Origin: Tubiluchus corallicola
Lineage: Eukaryota > Animalia > Priapulida
NCBI GenBank assembly: GCA_030141605.1
Contig: JAQGDQ010001639.1
Coordinates: 1 to 31,337, forward strand
Direction of reading: 5' to 3'
DNA: 31,337 bases
Below are positions 11,510 through 23,133 of this stretch, piece by piece. Positions within the stretch are counted from its first letter, which is position 1. Each line of letters begins with the position of its first letter. The position numbers and the translations under genes were made by a program. Under the pieces are notes generated by a model. The model saw only the letters and a program-made list of their open reading frames with translations. It made no database searches and had not been told where the DNA came from.

Positions 11510-13051
11510 TACACAATGATTTTCATTTGAAAAATGATCATTTTACGGTTTGGCAAAGCTATAAAACGTTACATAATTTAAGCTTAGGAACTGCGATAGG
11601 AAAGCTTGGCTGTGGTAATTTCAAACAATCGATATCACAGCTACACGAAGTTGCATGGAATCGTTGCAATGTTGCCTTGATGAACTTATTAAAATAAATT
11701 TACTACACCGTTCATACGCACATAACAGAATAGGTAATTTTTTTGTTTACCTGTCCAGCACAGGTAACAACATAGTAATGCATTACATGTACTAGACAAT
11801 CCAATAAAATAGACTCCACAGAAGTCTATTTTAAATCACAAAATTAAAATCACTAATATTAACCAGATATGAAATACCATCACACCAGTACGACAACATA
11901 CACACTAATTCAGAATTCATACATCCGCGGCCATATTAATTAAATCATAGTTTTTTCATTTTTTTGTGCATAGTTGTAAATACGATTGATTTTATTCGTC
12001 GTTACTTTCCATTACTGCACAGTAGTTTAGATTGCACTGACGCATTTGCCTTTAGCAGTGTAAGTTTTTATTAACTAACACTGATTGATCATCTCTGTAA
12101 AGTTTTTATCAGTGATTATCAATGTATTTTAATGGCAAATAAAGATTATATATATATATAAGTAAAATGGTGCAAATTATATAAACAATTACCACCCATT
12201 GCTGCAAATACAGATGTTTGAAAGTAGAAACATTATAACTGGAACATTATAGGAAAACCTCCAAAGCAAAGGCAATCGAGTTAACCGAAAAAAGGGCAAA
12301 CCGTGACTCACAAAAGATTTTACTAATAACTAAAGTCGTTAGAATATCGGACAGGGTTGTTTAAATGGGTAATAATCTCAGTAGTTAGACAATGGCTTAA
12401 AAGTAAACAATATTAACAAAATTAAAAAAATAACAATGAAAAAATGAAGTATTAAAGACAACAATTAGGTTTTGCAATATCCGGTTTTTCAACATGCATT
12501 CAATTCTCGAAACAAAATTATCGGATTTTAGGATTAAAAGATGATTTCACTTTTTTTTAGAAAAGTTTAGATCCAAAAGCAACCAATAGTAAAAGTTCCG
12601 CTCGACGTGTATTTACATTTCAATTCAGTTGATAAAAAAACTACTAGAATATAGAAAAAGTGGACCATTTATGTACTGTATAATTTACGAACACTTTTTC
12701 AAAAGCAATTTGGTGGTGCAATGACAGTAAGTGACAAAAGCTCGAGCTTCTGAGCAATAAAACCATACTGAAATGAAAACAAATGCAATTTACCGAAGCT
12801 TTACAAGTTTTGTTTGCTCAGAACTTATTGGGGGAAAGTGCAAGACTGCTCTCACATGCCATGCTTGGTTTCCTATATATGAAAGGTGTACGACCTACAA
12901 GGCATCTTCCCATCTGTTACAGTTTATCATGTGTTATTTATATACGTCTCATGTGTGATCCTCAGTGTTACTGGGAGTTAAACAGCCAGCACAATTCAGA
13001 TCTATGACTTAAGCAGGCAAAACCATAGTAGGAAAATAAAAATGTCCTTAC

Positions 13052-14081
13052 CCATAGGCAATCCATTGGTGTACATACTGGTCTGAGGTGACACACACGG
13101 TGAGCTACTTTTGTAAGTCATGTACGAATTCTGAGCGGCTACGTTTGCAGCACCCTGAGGGTACCCGTTTTGCAGGACGCTTCCAGCAGTCCCGTAGCTT
13201 ATTGTACCCGGATACGTGCCCTGCAGGTCAGCACTGCCCTGCTGTTGTTGCAATGGTGGTACACCGTTGGCGTAGCCGTTGTATCCGTTCTGCAATGTCT
13301 GCATGGCAGTACACGGAGTGCTATACACGTAACCGTTGCTATCGACAAAACTATTACTTTGATGTTGCTGCTGCTGCTGTGGCAGTTGTTGCTGTTGTTG
13401 TTGCTGTTGCTGTTGATGGTGGTGCTGATGATAGTGGTTTTTGTACACACCGTTGGTAATGTATGAGTTGTACACCTCACTGGCACTGGTGGCAGCAATT
13501 TTGTACGGTTCTTTGAGTACAAACAGACTTGCTTTTGGATTCAAGGTGCTGTGTTTAACCGGAGACTTGGCAGTAGGACTCGGAGTGGGACTGGTACTCA
13601 TTGAACTCAACGAGTCCGAGGTGCCGTTGTTACTGTCCGTCTCGTTTTTACTCGTATCCGAGACGGCATCCGCACCCTTGCTGCACAAAATCGACGACAC
13701 TGACATTTCCGATGTCCCGCCTAGACGTTCCTGTTGTTCTACGATGGCACTGTCACTATTTGCACACGTACTATCACCGTTCTCCTGGCAATTATCCTCC
13801 GCCGCGCGATTTTTCAAAATGTACAATCGGCATCCGTTGATGGTGTGGATGCTACGTATGTATTCGTGATTCTTGTTGCTGGTTGCACGTTGTTGCTGCT
13901 GTTGCTGTTGTTGCTCAACAGACTTCTTAGAACTTGCTCCCTGATGATGGTCCTTTGGCAAGGCACTACTATTCTTCTGACGCGAGTACGTACTAGGATT
14001 TGAAGGGAGCATATACCCTTCCCCATCCATCTTCATCTTCATAGCCTCTGAAATGCAGCTGAATCTACTATCAGAGTGCAT
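13052..14081 (-). CDS. First coding exon of an unidentified gene: intrinsically disordered polyQ/His/Ser/Tyr-Asn-Gly-rich N-terminal region with a PAM2-like motif
   Basis: Non-repetitive ORF of ~340 codons with higher GC than its flanks, mixed CAA/CAG polyQ tracts and S/T-P clusters. It ends at a canonical donor ATG G|GTAAGG (intron starts 13051, phase 1), after which the frame runs into T-rich intron-like sequence and stops. Alternative starts are 14042, 14036 and 14030 (aagATGG, best Kozak context). Confidence 0.85.
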
Positions 14082-14189
14082 GCACGGGTTATATTGTATG
14101 TACGAAACGCAACTGCTGCTGCTGCTGCTGCTATCTCATCACTGCACTGAAAATAGAACACTGCCTTTACTCTGCACAGCTGACTATCT

Positions 14190-14540
14190 AGTTCGGCGCA
14201 CCATTCGCTGTCTGCCTGCCTCGCATGGCGGCGCTGCTAGCGGCGCAACAGAGACAAGTCGTTCAAGGCGCGTTTTCACACAATTCAACTGGTTTTCGCC
14301 GGAGACCTTTAAAATTCTGAACACATAAAAATGGCGGGTCACGCGGAATGACACGTACTTGTCGAATATCTGTGCTAAATTTGACCTCCTCAACGGCCAA
14401 AACGACACAGCACGTCTAAAATGGCGAAAAATTTCGGAGAAGGAAAATTTTATGACGTTCAGCTTTTTCGTGTCGTTACGAGATGGCGCGACGCTACGAC
14501 CCCCTCTAACGTGCTACAGTAGCGCCGCCCCAAACAAGGT
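14190..14540. promoter_or_regulatory. CpG-rich promoter/5' UTR region with clustered YY1-like ATGGCG motifs and E2F-like motifs
   Basis: High CpG density directly upstream of the exon. catggcggcg 14224-14233, aaaatggcgg 14328-14337, aaaatggcg 14418-14426, agatggcg 14481-14488; ttttcgccgg ~14293-14302 and ggcgaaaa 14423-14430. Confidence 0.6.
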
Positions 14541-14720
14541 TCACAAGCAGGAATTATCTAGACTGTATGGATTCTGGGATTAACCTTTTGTCAACCAGGA
14601 TTGGGTGAATGGGCGACCTATTAGATCAGCGAGATAAGATCTGTTTCATCATAGCTCAAGAAAATTTATTATCACCTCCGATAAAAGTGTCGGCCATTAT
14701 TAGAAACTGCTAACAAACGT

Positions 14721-15036
14721 AGAAAAAGAAAAAGAAGAGAAGATAAGAGGAGAGGAGAGACGAGAAGAGAAGAGAGAAGAGAGGAGAAGAGAAGAGGAGA
14801 GGAGAGAAGAGAAGACAAGAGAAAGAAGAGATGAGAAGAGAAGAGAAGAGGAGAAAAGAGAAGAGAAGAGAAGAGAGAGAGGAGAGAAGAGAAGAGAAGA
14901 GAAGAGAAGAGGAGAGGAGAAAAGAGAAGAGAAGAGAAGAGAGGACAAGAGAAAAGAAGAGAAGAGAAGAGGAGAAAAGAGAAGAGAAGAGAAGAGAAGA
15001 GAAGAGAAGAGAAGAGAAAAGAAAAGAAAAGAAAAA
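14721..15036. repeat. Imperfect (GAAGA)n polypurine/polypyrimidine tract
   Basis: ~315 bp of almost pure purines; source of the spurious REEKR and SSLLF ORFs. Confidence 0.96.
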
Positions 15037-15230
15037 ATATAATCATTTTCCTTCAAGAAATTCCTATTGCCAGATCGTTAAATTACCAATTAAAGACAAA
15101 TGATCTTCAAAATTTCTTTTGAAATGGAAAAACTGCTCTATACTTTTCTTAAATACTTGGAATATTTTTCAATGCAAGACAGAAAAACAAACATGTATTA
15201 CTGAAAAACAAACTGAACGACGAGCAAATC

Positions 15231-15354
<124 letters not shown>

Positions 15355-15387
15355 TTTCCTAACCATTTAACTAGCTTACTTCGTTTA

Positions 15388-15600
15388 TTAAATATCTGTC
15401 AAGCTACCAAAATCAATCACTGAACTTGATGTGGTGGCAGTACAGGTACGTTTTCCATGTTAAATATCTCTCGAACAACTAAGATCAAGCACTGAACTTG
15501 ACGTGGCAATATAGGTTCCTTTTCCATGTTAAATATCTGCAGAGTTACCAAATCAAACACTCAAGTTGGCGTGGCAGTACAGGTATCTTTTCGATGTTTT
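15388..15600. repeat. Old diverged tandem repeat, ~70-bp unit, 3 copies
   Basis: ttaaatatct...atcaa.cact.aa.ttg..gtggca.ta.aggt...ttt.c.atgtt recurs three times. Confidence 0.8.
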
Positions 15601-16059
15601 AACAAACGAAAGCTGTACCTCAGTAGCTCTGAATAATCACGAAAAGTTACCTCAACGGCAACGGTAACAATGACAATCCTAACTTAATCAAGCATTTTGA
15701 ACCCTTTGCTACACTTACTGTATGCATGCATAGATTTTGAATTAAATAGTATAGTTTTGTTAGCGGACATATAACCGCATCACTGTGATTATCATATAAG
15801 TAAAATATTTGTTTATCAAATGTGTACAAATACTTAGTTAATAGTTTTTTTTGCTTCAATAGAGTTCAAAACTAAATTTGTACATCTGTGTATCTACAAT
15901 TTGTATATCTGTATGTAGCTATGTGCAGCTATGTTGGGTCAAATGGTTAGTATAATCTGGAAATCATTACCCGAGCTCTGCCCGCTGATAAAACCATCGG
16001 GTATGCGTTGATTTTGTCATTTTCGTATAAGAAATTTGATTTTCAGAAATAAAATAAAA

Positions 16060-16279
16060 TATCTATCTATCTATCTATAGATAGATAGAGATATATAGAT
16101 ATAGATAGATAGATAACTAGATAGATAAATAGATAGGAACTAGATATATATATAGTTATCTATCTATCTATCTATCTAGTTCCTATCTATTTATCTATCT
16201 AGTTATCTATCTATGTATCTATCTATGTATCTATGTATCTATCTATCTATCTATCTATGTATCTATCTATGTATCTATG

Positions 16280-16326
<47 letters not shown>

Positions 16327-16332
16327 ATATCT
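16060..16332. repeat. (TATC)n/(GATA)n microsatellite with an internally inverted segment
   Basis: Orientation switches TATC to GATA (~16078-16146) and back to TATC; includes a 42-bp perfect inverted repeat. Confidence 0.95.
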
Positions 16333-16769
16333 AAAATCTATGACACGTTTGTCTATTTTAAATTTGGTCTATCTTAAAGATTATTTCGCTTACTTAATGA
16401 CAGACACACCCCCACGCACGTAATTGTAACCACAGTAATGTGACTTTGCGATGTTGCGATGTTGACATTTCACTAAATCTAAAATAGAACACTGGAATTA
16501 CCCCATCCAGTACCTGTTCTATTCTTGTAAAACTCATTCTACTCTCATCGTCTCGACGTCTGATGAGATTTCACTGTCAAACAAAAGCAGTAGTTCAAAT
16601 GATCATGTTTCAGCTGACGGCAAGCCAAGTACAGGTACATTTATGTCTATTTGTAAGCAATCTACTCAGCAACAAGACAAGCATATATAGATATCACGTT
16701 CAATTCAACTAGAATTTGTTTACGCGGAACAGTGGATTGGTGGATTTGTTACCGTGCGATTCTTAGCAT

Positions 16770-17117
16770 TAAAGGAGAGAACAAGTCACTCAGCATGATG
16801 GGGTTTATTTAAAAGTTATCACTTAAACTGTTTGTGGTGTGCTAAAGGAAAGAACAAATCACTCAGTATGTTGGGTTTATTTTACTGTTATCACTTAAAC
16901 TGTTTGTGGTGTGCTAAAGGAAAGAACAAATCACTCAGTATGTTGGGTTTATTTTACTGTTATCACTTAAACTGTTTGTGGTGTGCTAAAGGAAAAACGA
17001 ATCACTCAGTATGTTGGACTTATTTTACTGTTATCACTTAAACTGTTTGTGGTGTGCTAAAGGAAAGAACAAGTCACTCAGCATGATGGGGTTTATTTTA
17101 CTGTTATCACTTAAACT
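16770..17117. repeat. Minisatellite, 72-bp unit, ~4.8 copies
   Basis: ttatcacttaaact at 16816, 16888, 16960, 17031 and 17104. Confidence 0.96.
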
Positions 17118-17336
17118 TAGAAAAAATGTAACAAAAAAATTTATAAAGAAATGTCTATACGGCATAAATTTAAAATATAATGCCACATTATAGAAATTTT
17201 CAGGTGTGGTCGTTGTCACAATTCACTTGAAATTTATGACATAACTGGGAGACTTCGTGACTTTTCGTAAACCCGTCGTGACTTTTCGTAAGCGCGCATT
17301 GAAATAATGCAATGATTTAAACTTTCATCAAGTGCG

Positions 17337-17831
17337 CAGTTTATTATTTCGTGATTATATTATAATATCATTCAAGTACCACTGTATCTACCAACTAACT
17401 ACACCCTGGATTGCATATGCCATGATGACCGGTTACAGTTTATTGTTTTCGTGATTATATCATTCAAGTACCACTGTATCTACCAACTAACTACACCCTG
17501 GATTGCATATGCCATGATGACCAGTTACAGTTTATTGTTTTCGTGATTATATTATAATATCATTCAAGTACCACTTTCCCTACCAACTAACTACACCCTG
17601 GATTGCATATGCCATGATGACCAGTTACAGTTTATTGTTTTCGTGATTATATTATAATATCATTCAAGTACCACTTTCCCTACCAACTAACTGCACCCTG
17701 GATTGCATATGCCATGATGACCAGTTACAGTTTATTGTTTTCGTGATTATATTATAATATCATTCAAGTACCACTGTATCTACCAACTAACTACACCCTG
17801 GATTGCATATGCCATGATGACCGGTTACAGT
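17337..17831. repeat. Minisatellite, 100-bp unit, 5 copies
   Basis: cagtttatt starts at 17337, 17436, 17528, 17628 and 17728; the second unit has an 8-bp deletion. Confidence 0.96.
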
Positions 17832-18124
17832 CAGACAGACAAAAGTGACCCACTTCCGTTTCCCAATAAAAGCTTATTTACGACGAGCCAGGACCTTGAG
17901 TACGACTAATTAACTTTGCAAACTACTGCGTATTTTACTGCGTTTTTAGTGCGTAACATTGTCTCCGTCATTAAGCGCGCTTGTCTGCTACATTTACATC
18001 CTTCATGTAAAAAAGTAACTCGAAAATGCAACGACACAATAGCATGTTAATTATAAAAAACTTGGTGATTTCATGGTTTTTTATATAGAAATAGCATTGA
18101 TGTGTGGACAATTTCAAAACTAAA

Positions 18125-20562
18125 GAAGCGTTTAGACTTCGAGTTTTCTCAATTTCAATTTCAATTTATGTATCTCTTTATAGTGTTAAAATAAAACATG
18201 AAAGAATCTCTAATAAGTTTTGAAGAATTAATGTATAGATAGATCTAGAACTAGACAAAGGATAGCGAAAAGACTATAAAGTCACCTAGTCTGCTATTCT
18301 CTCATTGACAGCGAACTCGCAAGTGTGAACTACTTTGCGAGTCGATTTCCCCTGCGAGCTATTTTTTATTATTATTATAATTCTTTATTTTTGAAAACTA
18401 TGTACAAAATATATTCCTTCTATTTGGAGGGATATGTTTAAAATTTCTGCGAGCTAATGTCTAGTGTCAACTGCTTTGCGAGTTACTGTCGGCGAGTTAC
18501 TGCAAACTCTCCAACAGTTGTTGCGAGTTGATTTCCTGCGAGCTAATGTCTAGTGTGAACGTGCGTCTAGTGTCAACTGTTTTGTGAGTTACTGTCGGCA
18601 AGTTATCGCAAACTTTCTAACAGTTGTTGCGAGTTGATTTCCCGTGAGCTAGTGTCTAGTGTGAACGTGCGTCTAGTGTCAACTGTTTTGTGAGTTACTG
18701 TCGGCAAGTTATTGCAAACTTTCCAACAGTTGTTGCGAGTTGATTTCCTGTGAGCTAGTGTCTAGTGTGAACGTGCGTCTAGTGTTAACTGCTTTGCGAG
18801 TTACTGTCGGCAAGTTATTGCAAACTTTCCAACAGTTGTTGCGAGTTGATTTCCTGTGAGCTAGTGTCTAGTGTGAACGTGCGTCTAGTGTTAACTGCTT
18901 TGCGAGTTACTGTCGGCAAGTTAATGCAAATTCTCTAACAGTTGTTGCGAGTTGATTTCCTGTGAGCTAGTGTCTAGTGTGAATGCGCGTCTAGTGTCAA
19001 CTGCTTTGCGAGTTACTGTCGGCAAGTTACTGTAAACTCTCCAACAGTTGTTGCGAGTTGATTTCCTGTGAGCTAGTGTCTAGTGTGAACGCTCGTCTAG
19101 TGTCAACTGTTTTGCGAGTTACTGTCGGCAAGTTATTGCAAACTCTCCAACAGTTGTTGCGAGTTGATTTCCTGTGAGCTAGTGTCTAGTGTGAACGCTC
19201 GTCCAGTGTCAACTGTTTTGCGAGTTACTGTCGGCAAGTTATTGCAAATTCTCTAACAATTGTTGGAAGTTGATTTCCTGTGAGCTAGTGTCTAGTGTGA
19301 ATGCGCGTCTAGCGTCAACTGCTTTGCGAGTTACTGTCGGCAAGTTAATACAAATTCTCTAACAGTTGTTGCGAGTTGATTTCCTGTGAGCTAGTGTCTA
19401 GTGTGAACGCTCGTCTAGTGTCAACTGTTTTGCGAGTTATTGTCGGCAAGTTATTGCAAACTTTCCAACAGTTGTTGCGAGTTGATTTCCCGTGAGCCAG
19501 TGTCTAGTGTGAACGCTCGTCTAGTGTCAACTGTTTTGCGAGTTACTGTCGGCAAGTTATTGCAAATTCTCTAACAATTGTTGCGAGTTGATTTCCTGTG
19601 AACTAGTGTCTAGTGTGAACGCGCATCTAGTGTCAACAGCTTTGTGAGTTACTGTCGGCAAGTTACTGCAAACTCTCCAACAGTTGTTGCCAGTTGATTT
19701 CCTGTGAACTAGTGTCTAGTGTGAACGCGCGTCTACTGTCAACAGCTTTGTGAGTTACTGTCGGCAAGTTACTGCAAACTCTCCAACAATTGTTGCGAGT
19801 TGATTTCCTGTGAACTAGTGTCTAGTGTGAATGCGCGTCTAGCGTCAACTGCTTTGCGAGTTACTGTCGGCAAGCTACTGTAAACTCTCCAACACTTGTT
19901 GCGAGTTGATTTCCTGTGAACTAGTGTCTAGTGTGAATGCGCGTCTAGTGTCAACTGTTTTGTGAGTTACTGTCGGCAAGTTATTGCAAATTCTCTAACA
20001 GTTGTTGCGAGTTGATTTCCTGTGAGATAATGTCTAGTGTGAACGCGCGTCTAGTGTCAACAGCTTTGTGAGTTACTGTCGGCAAGTTACTGCAAACTCT
20101 CCAACAGTTGTTGCGAGTTGATTTCCTGTGAACTAGTGTCTAGTGTGAACGCGCGTCTAGTGTCAACTGTTTTGTGAGTTACTGTCGGCAAGTTAATGCA
20201 AATTCTCCAACAGTTGTTGCGAGTTGATTTCCTGTGAGCTAGTGTCTAGTGTGAACGCGCGTCTAGTATCAACTGTTTTGCGAGTTACTGTCGGCAAGTT
20301 ATTGCAAATTCTCTAACAGTTGTTGCGAGTTGATTTCCCGTGAGCTAGTGTCTAGTGTGAACGCGCGTCTAGTGTCTAGTGTGAACGCGCGTCTAGTGTC
20401 TACTGTGAACACGCGTCTAGTGTACTCTCCACACACTTCTTGCAGTGAATAGAGAAAGGAATGTCAGCTCGAACTTGCAACAAGTTTTGCTCTAGTCTGA
20501 ACACACTTGCGAGTTATTTGGCGATTTTGTTTGACGAGAAAACTCGCTAGTCTGAACACGCC
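18125..20562. mobile_element. Non-autonomous PIF/Harbinger-like element inflated by an internal satellite
   Basis: The right end reads, reverse-complemented, TAA|GGCGTGTTCAGACTAGCGAGTTTTCTC, a GGC..GTTCA.AC-type terminus next to TTA/TAA. A decayed left counterpart gaagcgtttagacttcgagttttctc starts at 18125. Confidence 0.65.
18448..20425. repeat. Satellite array, 106-bp unit, ~18 copies
   Basis: gtgtgaac at 18553, 18659, 18765 and 18871 gives the 106-bp period; units differ by scattered substitutions. Confidence 0.97.
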
Positions 20563-21136
20563 TTAATAGTTTCGGGTTACATATATTTAACATCATATTG
20601 TAGGCCCAAGAAATCTATCAAAATTTATGCATCGCGTATTGTTAGTATCTCGTTACAGAATTCTTCAACAGTACGACATATCATTCTGTGACGTTGTCCC
20701 CTGTGCTATAAGAACAAAAAACGCTTGATAAGCGCCACCTACGCCATAGGCAGACATCGAACAGGTTTCACAAACATACAGTCGAACGCCAAGAGCTGCT
20801 AGTTGGTATTTCTGGGAGTGCAATACGTGCAAGACGTGCTACATCTGCCATCAATCAACTAACCCACAGAACAACGCCCATTCGGAAGCTGAGGCTACTC
20901 TGTACTCTGTACAAGTTTCAAAGCATTTCTGCAGTAGAAATACACTGAACGCATCAGAGACAGAATCTAACAACGCTAGAGCACTCGACTATCAGCTACG
21001 ACATACTTATTATTTCCTCCCCTTCCGTTTCCGGCTGCGGGGGAGTATCCCGAGCTCTCTATAACGATCTCTATTTACAGCGAGGCAATTATTTCTGATG
21101 CAAGGTAGACGCGCTATAGAGGGCAATGATATAGAG

Positions 21137-21214
21137 CACATCTTCCATGTGGACTCTGGATTCGGATCCACATCTTCTATGTGGACTCTGGATTTGGATC
21201 CACATCTGTTATGT
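21137..21214. repeat. 32-bp tandem repeat, ~2.4 copies
   Basis: cacatct starts at 21137, 21169 and 21201. Confidence 0.85.
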
Positions 21215-21280
21215 AAACTTGTTGCAAACGACCTATCGTCAAAGTGGCTGCGTCTAACGTGCGTCTCTTTGTGTCTTTGG

Positions 21281-21422
<142 letters not shown>

Positions 21423-22584
21423 TTTATGCAGCGTTACTGCCGACGCAAGCCCTGTATGCAAAAAGGCAGTATGTAAGTGGTATAAAATTTCAACACGAAG
21501 TTTTTAATCGCTACGTTAGTGGAGGGTTCTCTTGTACTGAGTGTTTACAAAACTCTGAATCATTGATGGAAAAGTTCAACAAAGCCGTGACTGGTAACCT
21601 TCAAACGTCCTTACAACGTGCTACTTATAAATAATTATTATTGTAAGAAATGAATAATTGGGAATTAAACACAACGGGAAACATTCATTAGATCATCAAC
21701 ATCGGGTTTATTCTTATAACAACACTAGAACATTATACAAGATCGTCAAATTATTTTCTACTTAAAGGAAAGATCAACTCTTCTGGGAAGTTAGGCTTAT
21801 TTCAATGTTCGTGAAAAATGTTAGAAGGATTTAGTAACGAAACTGCAATAAGCGCCTCGTGTAATTAGTAAAATCACTTTAAAGTCATGATCACTTCATG
21901 CTTGGGCGCTCTCATTTTCAATGTCCATTCTTCTTCCAATGACGTCATTCGTCCTGGACAAAACCAGCGCACTGACTGTCAATCTCCATGAAAAAGTATA
22001 ATAAGTTCTTACAAGAAAAATTACATAGCTAGTTTTGTAATATTAGGTAATCATATTTTTGCGTGAACATTAGAGGTAAACTGCAGAAGTTTTAACTAGT
22101 TTAAGCAGCGCGCGCTTACTGAAAGCCACGATGTGCTTACGAAAAGTCACGAAATCCGTCAGTTATGTCCTAATTTTCAAGTGAATAGTGGCTACCATCG
22201 GTACTGGTAATTGCTGATGACAGCTTCAATTTCAATACTAAAACAGTGAACAGGTTTCCTTGGAAACCATGACGCTCGCTAGCAGTTCGTCGCTTGATCA
22301 ACTTTGATACCCAAGAAGCATTTGTAATGTTAGCAGACGGAAACTTGAGCTTAGCCAGCAATCTTACCTGCATTTACCTACGTCAAACAGCCTCCACAGA
22401 TAATATCAGGTGAGATGGTGGGGGGGGGGGGTGATTACCTTGGCTTCAAAACGAAGAGCTCGTAGAAGTACTTAATTAAATGGTCTACACATAGGTGAGA
22501 TTTTGTGTGTAAATTTGCCTGCAAGGATTTCGAGATTACCTAATTCCTCCCTTCCTGTAAGGAAACTTCGCTGTGTCAGTGTTT

Positions 22585-23117
22585 TTAAAGGAACGATTTC
22601 GTATACAATCGTTCAAAATAAAGTATGCTCTAGCATAGTGAAAACTACAGCAGATTTTTTAAATCAAAGCTCAAATTAAATAGTAATTACTTCGGATAGT
22701 TAAATTTAGTTAAACTTTCAAAGCCTATGCGCGGCTCAGCGAATCCACAAAGACTGGCAATAGCGCCTTTTTGTCACATTCGATTAGCCGACAAATAGGC
22801 GCGGTATCGCGATAAGCACGATCATGAACTGCAGTGTTTGTTTGTGACGTTAGTGTGACGTACAGCCAATTTTTGCAACATCACAACAGCGTCTTATAAT
22901 GTTCGCTTACGCGCAGGGAAGATGTCTACCATTGCACAAACTGTGTTAGTTTGTGACGTAAACGACAACTTGTGTTCGGTTACCGTTAATTAACTTTTCA
23001 AGCTAATTATTCAAACACAAGGAATAATAGCTAACTTTTATAGATAGGAAAACGTATATTTTGGACAGTAAATTAAAATGAAGTCGAGTCTAATCAAACG
23101 TCCGGTTTTCCTTTTAA
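22585..23117. mobile_element. Possible TTAA-bounded (Kolobok-like) non-autonomous element
   Basis: Begins ttaaaggaac and ends tccggttttccttttaa. The right end, reverse-complemented (aggaaaaccggac), resembles the agcaaatccggac start of the 24751 element. The TIR match between the two ends is short. Confidence 0.35.
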
Positions 23118-23133
23118 GGTATTTTGAAGTCAG

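Noticed and set aside
11950-12162. T-rich stretch ending gcaaataaag plus (TA)n, and a similar one at ~15850-16075, as LINE 3' UTRs
   Set aside because: Plausible, but no ORF2 remnant or TSD was found.
13002-13051. C-terminal GKDIFIFLLWFCLLKS of the 359-aa ORF as a membrane anchor
   Set aside because: It begins exactly at a consensus G|GTAAG donor and is best read as intron read-through.
13515-13550. Assigning the gene as USP10, Tob, ataxin-2 or PAIP on the PAM2-like motif
   Set aside because: None of their other diagnostic regions (FGDF, BTG, Lsm) is visible in this exon, so no symbol is given.
13088-14026. Overlapping plus-strand and alternate-frame ORFs within the exon
   Set aside because: Shadow ORFs of a GC-richer, CAG/CAA-rich coding exon.
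14575-14655. Minus-strand segment resembling an L2-type 3' terminus (cctggttgacaaaaggttaa)
   Set aside because: Too short and no coding remnant to support it.
14672-15103. REEKR-rich and SSLLF-rich ORFs
   Set aside because: Translation of the (GAAGA)n tract.
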